The position numbers and the translations under genes are program-made. Shown here one piece after another: positions 36,899 to 46,811 of a stretch of DNA of 64,000 nucleotides. The stretch lies in the sequence record MW812339.1; one strand, 5' to 3'. Numbering within the stretch: the first letter of the stretch is position 1; each line of letters begins with the position of its first letter. The notes beneath the pieces were generated by a model, which had not been told where the DNA came from, did not search any database, and saw only the letters and a program-made list of their open reading frames with translations.

Positions 36899-37282
36899 TT
36901 AACTTGCGTCGTGGGGCACAGTGACCCAGTCATGCCATTTTTCCGAATATAAGCGATAAGCCATCTTCGGGTTTTGGTCGACGCTACCCGCCGGGTTCTC
37001 GTTCCACAGTGTGTACGTGTACAGCTCATACGACGACGTGTTGCGAATACTCGACGTGCGGGTCACGTAGAACGTAAGCCCGCGTTGGAGGATATGCAGG
37101 CCACCATAATGCTCGGTGACCATGTAGTAGTGAAACGCCCGGTTAATATTGGCGTCGGTGCACAGCGCTTTAGCGACGTCTTCTGCGCCGGGATAAGCCT
37201 TTAGAATGTTTTCGAGAAAACTTGCTAAGGTCAGCCCGACATAGGGCGGCGTTGGCGCGGCTGGAAGCGGCGGAGTGAGCAT
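36899..37282 (-). CDS. Hypothetical protein (127 aa)
   Basis: AAGGA RBS. Its 5' part is overlapped by the 3' end of the helicase. Confidence 0.6.
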   Translation of the reverse strand: MLTPPLPAAPTPPYVGLTLASFLENILKAYPGAEDVAKALCTDANINRAFHYYMVTEHYGGLHILQRGLTFYVTRTSSIRNTSSYELYTYTLWNENPAGSVDQNPKMAYRLYSEKWHDWVTVPHDAS

Positions 37283-38876
37283 TGGATTTCCTTACGACGT
37301 ATGGTGAGGTGGCAATCTTGAACGACAGAACCACATCCGTCAGAGACTTGAGACGAGCATTCAGATAGTTGCAATGCTTAGGTACGTTGTACGCATGGAA
37401 CAGCCACACCGTTGGGTCTATTTCACCCCATTCGTTGTGCAGAATCTTACGTGGACGTCCTGCCATCTGTTCGTTCAGTTGTTGGTCTTCCACTGGGGTT
37501 GAGATGTACATGTGTACCAACCCTGGCTTATCGACCGCAGTCCCCGCTTTCCCCGGAGTGGAGATAGAGAAGTCTGCTGCAATGAAGTCGTCATACGAAT
37601 CCCCTGCATTATACTTCGCGACCATCAACGGGAAAAACTTCGCGTCTCTGGACAGCTTATCTCTCACGTACTCGGTAAAGAACTCACACATCGCAACCGT
37701 TGCAAACAACGTCAGGCACTTCTGGCCCGGCTGATAGTTCTTGAGGAAGGTCTTCTCAATGATATCCCAAATCATGTCCGCGTATGTGACATGTAGGTTC
37801 TCTTTAATCAGTTTCCCTTCGAACAGTTTGTGGTTGTACGGGGTCATCTTCGACGCCCACCACGCAAACTTCTTATCATCCAGGCGATAGTACAATGCCT
37901 TCACATCCACCACAGGGATAATCGGAATACTGATACGATAATCCATGGGGAAGCGTTCCATGTAGCGGTCAGCGATAAACGCTTTGCTGCTACCCGGCTT
38001 CAACGTTGCCGACATCTCCAGTGATGCTGGCGGGTTCAACATGATCCCAGCCATGTACACCAGATGGAAATGTTCGTGCACTTCGTCCATTGCTACCAAA
38101 CCCACACCCAACACGTCGTAGAACGTATCCAGGTCGACAGGGTTCGTTGCTGCGGTATTGACGTACTCTTTCAGGAAGCGCTGCAGCGTAACGGTCGGTA
38201 AAATGATGACCTTTATTCCGCGTCTATCCAGTTCACCCGATTTACCCATCTCTAAGGCGTCATAGACCGCCTGTACGCCCGTACAGACCAATACTTCATC
38301 ACGGAGGATGCGTAGGCCTGTCTCATCGTCGCACACGTCAAACAGCCATTTAGGCACGTAGGATGGACGATGTATCAGCGCAGTACGGGTACCACGGCGT
38401 ACCATGGTTTTCATACACGATTTGGTTTTACCGCGACCCGTCTGGATGGCGAAGATGGTCTGTGGTCGTTGTTCATCGGATGCAGCATCAACAACTTCGT
38501 TCTGATAGAAGAAACGGGATTCGGGATTGGTTTCCACCATCGAGAAGCCGTAGTTGTCAAATGTACAACGGTAGGGTTCCTTACGTTCGGGGACGTGCTC
38601 CAGCAAACCGTACTGGAACCCGTACTCAATAGCTGCTCGTTGAATCAGTTTCTTGATCTGGTCAGCGAACATCTTGTGGAAAATGAATGTGCGTAACGAC
38701 GGGATGTGTACGTAATACGGGTCACCCCGCTCGGTCGTTATGCGGCCGTGCTGCTTGCCCATCTTGGGGGCGTGCATATTTTCCTCAGCCCACGCGAGGA
38801 TGGCTTTCTCAGCCTGTCGGATCGGGACTTCAATCCGTACCCCCATACTCGTGTAGGTCATGTGAATGTCAATCAT
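37170..38876 (-). CDS. Superfamily 2 helicase (phiKZ gp75-like)
   Basis: Motif I QTGRGKT, motif II MDEVHE, motif III MSAT, and QMAGR. Confidence 0.88.
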   Translation of the reverse strand: MIDIHMTYTSMGVRIEVPIRQAEKAILAWAEENMHAPKMGKQHGRITTERGDPYYVHIPSLRTFIFHKMFADQIKKLIQRAAIEYGFQYGLLEHVPERKEPYRCTFDNYGFSMVETNPESRFFYQNEVVDAASDEQRPQTIFAIQTGRGKTKSCMKTMVRRGTRTALIHRPSYVPKWLFDVCDDETGLRILRDEVLVCTGVQAVYDALEMGKSGELDRRGIKVIILPTVTLQRFLKEYVNTAATNPVDLDTFYDVLGVGLVAMDEVHEHFHLVYMAGIMLNPPASLEMSATLKPGSSKAFIADRYMERFPMDYRISIPIIPVVDVKALYYRLDDKKFAWWASKMTPYNHKLFEGKLIKENLHVTYADMIWDIIEKTFLKNYQPGQKCLTLFATVAMCEFFTEYVRDKLSRDAKFFPLMVAKYNAGDSYDDFIAADFSISTPGKAGTAVDKPGLVHMYISTPVEDQQLNEQMAGRPRKILHNEWGEIDPTVWLFHAYNVPKHCNYLNARLKSLTDVVLSFKIATSPYVVRKSNAHSAASSRANAALCRADLSKFSRKHSKGLSRRRRRR

Positions 38877-38920
38877 GCTGCCCCTCTTACAAAAAAAGAG
38901 GGGCGCACGGCCCCTCAGTT

Positions 38921-41026
38921 TTATACTGGTATTTTCACTGTTGCCATCAAATCATCATACAGCGATGCCGGTATCTCGCGCTCGGTATAGAAGCCGACGC
39001 GATCGATGTTATTCTGCTGCCCTTCAAACAACAACATAGGCAACGCTGAGCGTACACTGATAAGCGTATTGTGGTCAACAAACCGTTTACCTGTTGCGGT
39101 GGTGGCATCTTCACTATCGAAGCCAACTGCTGGGAACGGATTGGTCGGTGATTCCACACGGGATATCGCCAACATAATCGCAATATGCGTCATCGGTATA
39201 CCATTCAACTTACGCTGGATGTATTTGAACGTGTCCATCAGTGCGTACGTGCACTGTTTCTCCGTCGCACCACCCATTTCTACCAACGTGATTGGTTTAA
39301 CGCGACCCTGTTTCTTATTCATCTTCACGGTGGAAGCCGTGTTAATGATTTCTACAATGTCCTCGTTCTTATCTGCGGCAATGGAGCGGAGTTTGGTTTC
39401 CAACCCTGCCACAAATTCAGCCATCGATTCAGAACGGTTAGTGTAGATAAGCACCGGATGTTGTGTCTTCCAACTCTTCAGTGGCAGATGCACCATTTTC
39501 TTCACAGTGCGAATCGCATCACGCTGCTTCAGGAAGTAATGCAGGAACGGTTTGGAGAAGTTCCCGCATACGCCCATACGCACGTCAATAGAATCTACTG
39601 CAACCGGTTCATTGTCCGGACCCAGACGTTGGAATGTCAGGTCGGTAATTTCCGGTAAGGCTGTTTCATCAACCGCATCGAGATCTTCGTGATACGCAAT
39701 CTGGCTGAGTTCAGAATACACCTTGTCTGTTACCACGAGTTCATACTCTGCCCATTCACCGCGCTGAGGCTTCGATGTCAGGCACAACCCTTTCACAGAA
39801 TTGTGTTTGTACTCGGTCATATACTCGCGCATACGCGGCGTCAGAATCAGGTTCAGCAGATAACGCAGGAAGTCGAGGTGCTTAGTGGACAGAATCCCCT
39901 GAGTACCTTTTTCCGAGATAGAGGTTGAGGCTAAGTGGCCGGGCGACGTCCCTTCAGAGAGGTTATAAATCAAGTCACCCATGCAGGTTGCACAGATAGA
40001 CTGATTCGCCATCTCTTTACAGGTCATCGCACTACGGAACACAATCGGTTTCCCGACCAGCTCCTCATAACCCCCTTTCTCGAAACGCAACCACGGACCA
40101 TTACTGTCTTCTTTGCGGTAACGCATCCCCACCATTGCCTTATACGCACGCTCATCGAGCTTGGTATCTTTAAAGGTGTAACGGTGGGCATGGGTGGTGC
40201 CACAATCGTCGTAGGTAAAGTACATCAGCACGTTGGCGGCTAACTGCAGCTTACGTGAGGCATACTCGGCTTCGGCAATCTTATCTGTGTTATACAGATG
40301 CGAACGCGACGTAGCCCCAGACTCTTTCAGGCGACTGATAACGGAATGCATCCCGGTAAAGAAACCTTCCCACACTTGGTTCGTGTAGACACGGGAGTCA
40401 ATCTCTGACGTTTTCCCACGCACAAAGGCTTGCAGTACCTGGTTCATCTTAATGGTGCCGTCCAGTACGGACATTACCACCGGGTTGTATTTCAACGATG
40501 GGTCTTTGAAGATGTTCTCAATCAGCTTGTAGGCTTCTTCGACCATGTCCCGACCGTCTTCATCGTATCCAGTTGGGTATTGTTTCTCCCACTCGCGGAT
40601 AAGTTCGAAGTTCGGATGGTCGTAGATTTCCATCATCGTGTCGTAGTCGATGGTCGTACAATATGCCAGCAAGTTCTTCACTGTCATGTTGAACGCATCA
40701 GCATAGACATGTTGACTCAGGATATAGCGCGTTTCGGCCAGGTCTACCCCAGCCTTGCGTGCCAATACTGCAGCCTCGGACATAAAGTCCAGATGGAGAT
40801 CGTCTGTAGCCACCTGGTCCGGACGATACGCCATCGTCGAGGGCGTAGGCACCTGCGGATACAAACGCGATACACCCCAATACGGCCAACTGAGTTTGAT
40901 GTGGCGACTGCCCATTTCGAGTGACTTACCATCATCGAACGTGACGTAATAACGTCCACGCAGTTTCCACACCTGGTCAGAGTTAAGTGCGCGTAGGTCA
41001 CGCACGTGGACAGAACGACCCGCCAT
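38921..41026 (-). CDS. Non-virion RNA polymerase beta' C-terminal subunit (phiKZ gp74-like)
   Basis: DDCGT, FRSAMTC...ICATCMG Zn site, and trigger-loop-like GTQGILSTKH. Confidence 0.85.
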   Translation of the reverse strand: MAGRSVHVRDLRALNSDQVWKLRGRYYVTFDDGKSLEMGSRHIKLSWPYWGVSRLYPQVPTPSTMAYRPDQVATDDLHLDFMSEAAVLARKAGVDLAETRYILSQHVYADAFNMTVKNLLAYCTTIDYDTMMEIYDHPNFELIREWEKQYPTGYDEDGRDMVEEAYKLIENIFKDPSLKYNPVVMSVLDGTIKMNQVLQAFVRGKTSEIDSRVYTNQVWEGFFTGMHSVISRLKESGATSRSHLYNTDKIAEAEYASRKLQLAANVLMYFTYDDCGTTHAHRYTFKDTKLDERAYKAMVGMRYRKEDSNGPWLRFEKGGYEELVGKPIVFRSAMTCKEMANQSICATCMGDLIYNLSEGTSPGHLASTSISEKGTQGILSTKHLDFLRYLLNLILTPRMREYMTEYKHNSVKGLCLTSKPQRGEWAEYELVVTDKVYSELSQIAYHEDLDAVDETALPEITDLTFQRLGPDNEPVAVDSIDVRMGVCGNFSKPFLHYFLKQRDAIRTVKKMVHLPLKSWKTQHPVLIYTNRSESMAEFVAGLETKLRSIAADKNEDIVEIINTASTVKMNKKQGRVKPITLVEMGGATEKQCTYALMDTFKYIQRKLNGIPMTHIAIMLAISRVESPTNPFPAVGFDSEDATTATGKRFVDHNTLISVRSALPMLLFEGQQNNIDRVGFYTEREIPASLYDDLMATVKIPV

Positions 41027-43263
41027 TATTTCTTCTCCCGAATTGGACGTACTAACTGGAACCCTTCACAAAGGTGGATGTTACGAATCATCCTGTCGAT
41101 TTGTGAATCCCCCAACGGCATCTTATTGCGATCGATTAACACCCCTGGGTTAGTAGGTGTTTGGGAATTGAACATCCCCGTCACGATCGCGCGATGCACT
41201 GCTGGGTTGTTGGCACGGTCATGCGTTTCCGGGAAGTTACCCGGACCAAAACCATCCGTCAGTCGTTGTTCTGACGGGCCGCCCCATTTCAGGGATTTCA
41301 AGTTAATCGGATACGAGCCACGGCCCTGGTTGGAAGCATCGATGGAGCCCAGGAAGTTGGTATACATGGAAGAAATGCTGGAAAACTCACGACCGGTTTT
41401 ATCCAGGCGTAACGTTTCTACCAGACCCACGTAAAACTCATTCTTCGTCCATTCCTGTTCACCCTGATAGTTGGTAATCAGCAGCTTGGATTTACGCGGT
41501 GCGTATTCGCCGAGACGCTGACAGATTTCTACCTGAGTGTCGTTCAGTTCGTGTGGCAGCCAGATGCGGACGGTGAAGTCGTAGATCTCTTTAAAGAGTT
41601 CCAGCTTAGACTCTACCGTGTTGTGGCTGGCATTCAAATAGAACGTCCAACGTGGGTTGTACTTGTCGATATAGTCCATCAGGATGGACCACGCTTCTTC
41701 TATCTGCCCTGCAGCCAGAATCGGCTTCAAGCGCATCTTCAACTGCTCAGATGCGGCTGACCAATACATGTGGAACAGCGCAGCATAAGTCGAGCGACGA
41801 ATTACGGCGTTCATGGAACGGATGACATGCACACGTTCACCGAGTTCGTTAATCGGCATTTGGTCATCAGGACGTACTGCCCCGACAATCCCTTTCGTGC
41901 CCGAGCGGTCGGTAATCTTCGAGGATACGGTTACCGGAATTGGATAGCGGACAACCACGCGGATGGTGTAACTTCCGATTGGGTCCCACAGTCCACGTTG
42001 CACCGGTTGAGAGATTTTGTTCAGCACGTTTTTATCTGCAGAACGGTTGTATTCACCCTTACGCATCGCATCGTCGTATTCACGACCAATTTCTTCGCGG
42101 AAGTCATTGTAGACTTCATACGTTTCAGACGAGAACGCCTTATCCAGAATCTCAAACGCCTTCGGTGACCAGACAATGTTCTTGTCTTTGGACATCGAGA
42201 AATAGAAACGCACCATGTCGTTGTAGAAACGTTTCAGGGCGTTGGCGTAGTGATCTAACTCCTTCTTGTTCTCTTCTGTACATGCGATGTTGTTGGTACC
42301 GCGATCGCATTTGGTTTCATCGCGCCACACCTGAATATCAACCACACGAGAACCCGTACGTTCCATCTTTTCGATGTCGTTGGCCAGACGTGCTTTGTAA
42401 TGCTCTGGGTCAGCATCAACATATTCACAGCGGTCGAAGTTCGGTGAGGCGTGTTGGGTTTCCCCGACATGCGAATCGATAGCTGCCCACAGCTTATCGA
42501 AACGACGTGCTGCCATGACCAGACCATCGTCACGAATCGCACCACCCACGGGCGGCAAATACTGCGGACGGCGAGTGCCATCAATCTGCGTTGTGCCGTA
42601 AGTGTCTAACAGATACTCATCGTCGCGCAATGTGAAGTCAATGGTACGCAGACCACTGGCGTGCATCATTGCTGCTGCGGTTTCAGAGATGGTGTAGGAA
42701 TCCTCAATGATGTCCGGATGCGACATCGTTACGGTTGGCAGGTTAACCCCGTCAACAAATTCACCATTCTGCTGTGCCGGTAACACGGTGAGCATTTCAT
42801 CTTTTTCCAGTTGCTGCGTCTGGCCACGTAACAGCGCCTGCAGTTTACCGGTTGGTGTTTTCTGTGAAGAGAACACGTTGTCGTGATCGGTGTAATACTT
42901 AATGTCGATAACATCAATCATGACTTTGCGCTGATTGGTTAGTTCAGTGCGCTTAAAGAACAAAACATGTTGGCGCGGTTCATGGTCACCCTCACGACCG
43001 TAACGCGCAAATACTGCAGCCCGAGTAACACCTTCTTTTGTCGTGTAGCTACACACAGTACCGCTATCTTCAACAATGTCATTAAAACAATAGTCGTGAT
43101 AGTTGGTATCAGCGCCAGTGAAGTGCGGAGTGGGTTGGGGATTATCCAACGGCACCGCCGACTTCATATGTCCACCTACCATCGAGGCACGAGCCCCGGA
43201 TACCGTATCAACGTTAATCTCACGGTCAGCTACGCTTGACTTGAGTTCAACTGGTGTTTTCAT
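41026..43263 (-). CDS. Non-virion RNA polymerase beta C-terminal subunit (phiKZ gp71-73-like)
   Basis: ARASMVGGHMKSAVP, IIEDS and SKITDRSGTKGIV (the GDKxxGRHGNKG equivalent); uninterrupted. Confidence 0.88.
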   Translation of the reverse strand: MKTPVELKSSVADREINVDTVSGARASMVGGHMKSAVPLDNPQPTPHFTGADTNYHDYCFNDIVEDSGTVCSYTTKEGVTRAAVFARYGREGDHEPRQHVLFFKRTELTNQRKVMIDVIDIKYYTDHDNVFSSQKTPTGKLQALLRGQTQQLEKDEMLTVLPAQQNGEFVDGVNLPTVTMSHPDIIEDSYTISETAAAMMHASGLRTIDFTLRDDEYLLDTYGTTQIDGTRRPQYLPPVGGAIRDDGLVMAARRFDKLWAAIDSHVGETQHASPNFDRCEYVDADPEHYKARLANDIEKMERTGSRVVDIQVWRDETKCDRGTNNIACTEENKKELDHYANALKRFYNDMVRFYFSMSKDKNIVWSPKAFEILDKAFSSETYEVYNDFREEIGREYDDAMRKGEYNRSADKNVLNKISQPVQRGLWDPIGSYTIRVVVRYPIPVTVSSKITDRSGTKGIVGAVRPDDQMPINELGERVHVIRSMNAVIRRSTYAALFHMYWSAASEQLKMRLKPILAAGQIEEAWSILMDYIDKYNPRWTFYLNASHNTVESKLELFKEIYDFTVRIWLPHELNDTQVEICQRLGEYAPRKSKLLITNYQGEQEWTKNEFYVGLVETLRLDKTGREFSSISSMYTNFLGSIDASNQGRGSYPINLKSLKWGGPSEQRLTDGFGPGNFPETHDRANNPAVHRAIVTGMFNSQTPTNPGVLIDRNKMPLGDSQIDRMIRNIHLCEGFQLVRPIREKK

Positions 43264-43292
43264 TCGTAAATGCTCCTTTTGGTTACCTCGGT

Positions 43293-43308
43293 AAGATAAT
43301 ATCTATCT
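43293..43308 (-). promoter_or_regulatory. Early-type promoter variant AGATAGATATTATCTT
   Basis: Identical 16-mer at 48479..48494. A variant of the AGATATATATTAC early motif. Confidence 0.7.
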
Positions 43309-43329
43309 GTTTTATTTTAAGGAGAGATC

Positions 43330-43653
43330 ATGCTCGATAGCTTCACTACCCTCGCCGAAGTAATACCTTCGCCTGATTCGACCAAGTATAAGGTGTTGCA
43401 TGACTACGCAGATTTCCTGCGCAAGCACCCAGATACAACAGAGGAGGTCGTCGACCCGAAATACGCATGGCCGGAGACCCATAGCTTCTACGCCTATTGC
43501 CGTCTAAAGGAATACGACAACAGTATCATTTACCCGATGATGCTGATGAACGGAATTGACACCCCATTCGACTTCACACCCGACATCAAATCTTTACTGG
43601 TGCCGAGCGTCAGTGTAGTCAGCAACATCTTGTCTACAATTGTAGATGCCTGA
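43330..43653 (+). CDS. Small protein, possibly a LysM / T4 gp53-like baseplate wedge component
   Basis: AAGGAG RBS. The pattern YPMMLMNGIDTPFDF...LLVP resembles gp53/gpX LysM proteins. Confidence 0.45.
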   Translation: MLDSFTTLAEVIPSPDSTKYKVLHDYADFLRKHPDTTEEVVDPKYAWPETHSFYAYCRLKEYDNSIIYPMMLMNGIDTPFDFTPDIKSLLVPSVSVVSNILSTIVDA

Positions 43654-43689
43654 AAAAAAGAAGGGACGCCCAGTCCCTTCTTCTTCCAT

Positions 43690-45057
43690 TTAGATTCGAG
43701 CAGAGCCGAAAGGCAGGTTGGAGAAGTTATCACCACCCAAACCGCCTAAGGCATTGTTCGAACCTCCCAGCAAGTTATCCCCACCGAGTCCACCACCACC
43801 TAATCCCCCACTGTTACCCAGCAGGTTCGTTGAGCTGGAGCTATTACCCAAAAGCCCATCACCCAGACCGCCTTGTTTTGTTTCAGCCTGGCCACGCAGA
43901 GCCGCACCCAACGAAATGTTGTTGATGCTGTTCTTTGGAATCTGGCCGTTGTTTTCAGCTAACGTACGCTGCAAGGCAGGCGGCAGTGCATTGAAGTTAC
44001 TCGATGCAGTTTGCTGCTGTGCTTTCTTCGCGCGGAAGAATGCTGCCGGGTCGCTGAGATCGACATCCGCAGGCGGAGCGTCCTGAGATGCCAAACGTTG
44101 CGTCAGGTTATTAGTGCCGGATGGCGTACGTCCGATACGGAAATCAGAGGCCGTGGTATCCTGGGCCGCTTCATTACGAGGCCCCGTGTTATACGGCAGA
44201 GTCTGAATCACGTTATCGAACACGTGCATGTTGTCCAGCTCACCAATCCATTCTTCTTCTAACGGACGTAGTGGTGTGTAGTCACGAAGACCACGCACAA
44301 CCAGGTTATAGTTGGTCACGTATTGTGCCCAACCGCGCGCCAGAGAACCGAAGTACGGACGTGGGTCATTGGAACCGACCACGCTTGGGTACCAACCGAA
44401 CACGGCAGACAACAGATTAAACAGAATCACCTTATCCTGTTTGCGCTGCAGCTTTGCCCCGAAGAACATCGCGGTACCGTCAAGTGACTCTTCTTCGAAC
44501 ATGTGCTGATAGTTCGATACACGAATGTACTTGACGCCTTCGATGGACATGTCGCTGGAGATAAACAGACGGGTAATCTTCGTCTTCTTATCTTCTTCCA
44601 GCAGACCGTACACATAGTTCTTCACCGCATTCCAGCTTTGTACCAGTTTCTTGTCCATGGTCGGATCTTTGATATCCGCACAGACAACATCACTCAGAAA
44701 CTTCTTGTACGCAGCCAGGCGAATGGTTTTACCTTCGGCTGCCGTTTCCAGAATGGCATCGATCAACTCGAAGCTCTTCAGGAACAGATTGGTGGTGATC
44801 GTTTTCTTCAGGAAACGGATAGTACCCGATTCCCCCGCCAGCACCGATTCGCACAGCGGATGGAACGCATGACATTCACTACCGTCTTCGTCTTCCATCC
44901 CGTTCTTAATCATGGCTGCGGTTGGAAGCGCCAGACGGCGCTTCACTTTATTGTAGGTGAACATCGCAGGATGGCCATCATCCATCGTCAGCAAATCACC
45001 GTCGAACCCGTAGCCCAGGGAGGTCAGGAACGAGCGATAGAACTCAACAATCTTCAT
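43690..45057 (-). CDS. Conserved chimallivirus core protein downstream of PicA (phiKZ gp70-like)
   Basis: 455 aa with a low-complexity GLG-rich C-tail; synteny. Confidence 0.6.
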   Translation of the reverse strand: MKIVEFYRSFLTSLGYGFDGDLLTMDDGHPAMFTYNKVKRRLALPTAAMIKNGMEDEDGSECHAFHPLCESVLAGESGTIRFLKKTITTNLFLKSFELIDAILETAAEGKTIRLAAYKKFLSDVVCADIKDPTMDKKLVQSWNAVKNYVYGLLEEDKKTKITRLFISSDMSIEGVKYIRVSNYQHMFEEESLDGTAMFFGAKLQRKQDKVILFNLLSAVFGWYPSVVGSNDPRPYFGSLARGWAQYVTNYNLVVRGLRDYTPLRPLEEEWIGELDNMHVFDNVIQTLPYNTGPRNEAAQDTTASDFRIGRTPSGTNNLTQRLASQDAPPADVDLSDPAAFFRAKKAQQQTASSNFNALPPALQRTLAENNGQIPKNSINNISLGAALRGQAETKQGGLGDGLLGNSSSSTNLLGNSGGLGGGGLGGDNLLGGSNNALGGLGGDNFSNLPFGSARI

Positions 45058-45069
45058 GGTTAGTAATCC

Positions 45070-46800
45070 TTAATCTAAAAGACCTTTGCCCAGACCACCG
45101 CCGCCTAAGCCGCCCAGACCATTGCCCAGGTCGTTGCCTGCGCTACCGGTGTCCAGACCGCCCAGTAATCCGCCACCTAGTCCACCCGACGTAGGGATGT
45201 TCGACAGGATGCGATTACGGCCGTTACGTTTTTCGTAACCGTTGTAACCTTCTTCAACGGCAGTCAGCAGGGTCGCTGTGTTCTGTGCCAGTTCACCCAC
45301 GTACAGAAGGTCGGTGGTGTTACCGGTATGCAGACGGAACTGCATGAACGATGCGTAGGTGTAATACTCTAACGGTTCGTCATCAACACGGATTTCGATA
45401 CGCGTTACGGTACCCAGTAATGCTTTAACCAGCATGTGGCAGCGTACGTGGTTGTGCTTCGTAACCTGAATCATTGCTTCACTCAGGTTCTGATAGAAAC
45501 GACGACCTAACGCCTGCGGCAACTGACCATGCGTTAAGCTCCCCACGGACTCTGGCAGAATCTGCAACGTGGCATCGCTCATGATATCCGCGTTGCGGTT
45601 ATCGTAAACGAAGCTGACTTCACCCAGCAGGTTACGGGACATGATAGAACCCAGCATCATCGCCAGGTCGTACGAGACCAGTGAACCCTGAGTGGAGTAA
45701 CCGTTACGGCCAATCCAGTGGTCAGTCTGCGAGGTCAGACCCATGCCCAGACCACGACGCGCTGCCATGGACAGAGATTCGCTAATACATTCATCCATCC
45801 GCAGTGGGTTGGTGATCGCATCGCGCAGGTCTTTCAGACGGAACGTAGCTTTACTGGTTGATTTCCAACCACCCGATACATCAGACAGGTTGTTCTGCAA
45901 CGCTTGACGCATTGATGAAATCAGTTCGTGGTTGCTGAAGTTACGGATAACTCCACGCTGTTTCAGTTCAGACTCAACCCCGATGGAGTTATTGCCTGTA
46001 AAGAAGCTTTCCACGCTACCCAGTTCAGTGTCTACACCGGAACTTGCCAGATATGCATTACTGATGGCAGATACGTAGTTCTCAGGACGGGTCAACTGCG
46101 CCACCATCAACTGCGGCGACGCGTTAGCTGTGGCTGACAATACCGAATCTCTCGTCGGAACGTATTTCTCGCCCGTGTTCATTTCGATACGTTTTACCAT
46201 GTCCGCCGCTTTCGCAATGGAGATGATATCAACCGCACTTTCCGTTTGTCCTTCGACGGACAACGCTTTCGATAACACGTAGTTATCCAGCAGGCGATAC
46301 GAATCCGGGTTCAGCTGACGACCCCCGAACGAATCCTGCATGTACGTTGCCTGCATCCCGTAAATGTCGTTGATGTACAGCACCATGTCATCCGGCAACA
46401 TCCCGCCGAGACTCTGGTCGGCTTGGCTGGTATAACCGGAGATGATGTATTGCGTTTCTTGCGAACGGGTATTGTTGTTAGCGATAGGCTTCGCAATCAA
46501 TACCGCGACAAAGTTAAAGATGCCGGTGTCGCGCGATTCGTACGCAAACTGAATCGGACTTGCGTCGTCATCGGATACGTTAATGAACGGACGTTCAAAT
46601 CCGTTCTGACCACCGTCGAACCCGACGATGCCTGATAATGCTTGTTGGTACTGCTGTGTTGCCACAGCTTTCTCACCGCCCAGTTCGACCGCTGCTGCCA
46701 GGTCATCCAATGCGCCAGATGAGGCGTTGAAGCCGATACGGCGACGAATCTGCTCTGGAACATCATAGACCGGGTACATCTGTAGATTTACGAGTTGCAT
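45070..46800 (-). CDS. picA: Phage-nucleus protein importer PicA/Imp1 (phiKZ gp69-like)
   Basis: 576 aa in the conserved order ChmC, RNAP fifth subunit, PicA, gp70-like, RNAP beta. Identity inferred from synteny. Confidence 0.65.
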   Translation of the reverse strand: MQLVNLQMYPVYDVPEQIRRRIGFNASSGALDDLAAAVELGGEKAVATQQYQQALSGIVGFDGGQNGFERPFINVSDDDASPIQFAYESRDTGIFNFVAVLIAKPIANNNTRSQETQYIISGYTSQADQSLGGMLPDDMVLYINDIYGMQATYMQDSFGGRQLNPDSYRLLDNYVLSKALSVEGQTESAVDIISIAKAADMVKRIEMNTGEKYVPTRDSVLSATANASPQLMVAQLTRPENYVSAISNAYLASSGVDTELGSVESFFTGNNSIGVESELKQRGVIRNFSNHELISSMRQALQNNLSDVSGGWKSTSKATFRLKDLRDAITNPLRMDECISESLSMAARRGLGMGLTSQTDHWIGRNGYSTQGSLVSYDLAMMLGSIMSRNLLGEVSFVYDNRNADIMSDATLQILPESVGSLTHGQLPQALGRRFYQNLSEAMIQVTKHNHVRCHMLVKALLGTVTRIEIRVDDEPLEYYTYASFMQFRLHTGNTTDLLYVGELAQNTATLLTAVEEGYNGYEKRNGRNRILSNIPTSGGLGGGLLGGLDTGSAGNDLGNGLGGLGGGGLGKGLLD

Positions 46801-46811
46801 CTAAATACTCC

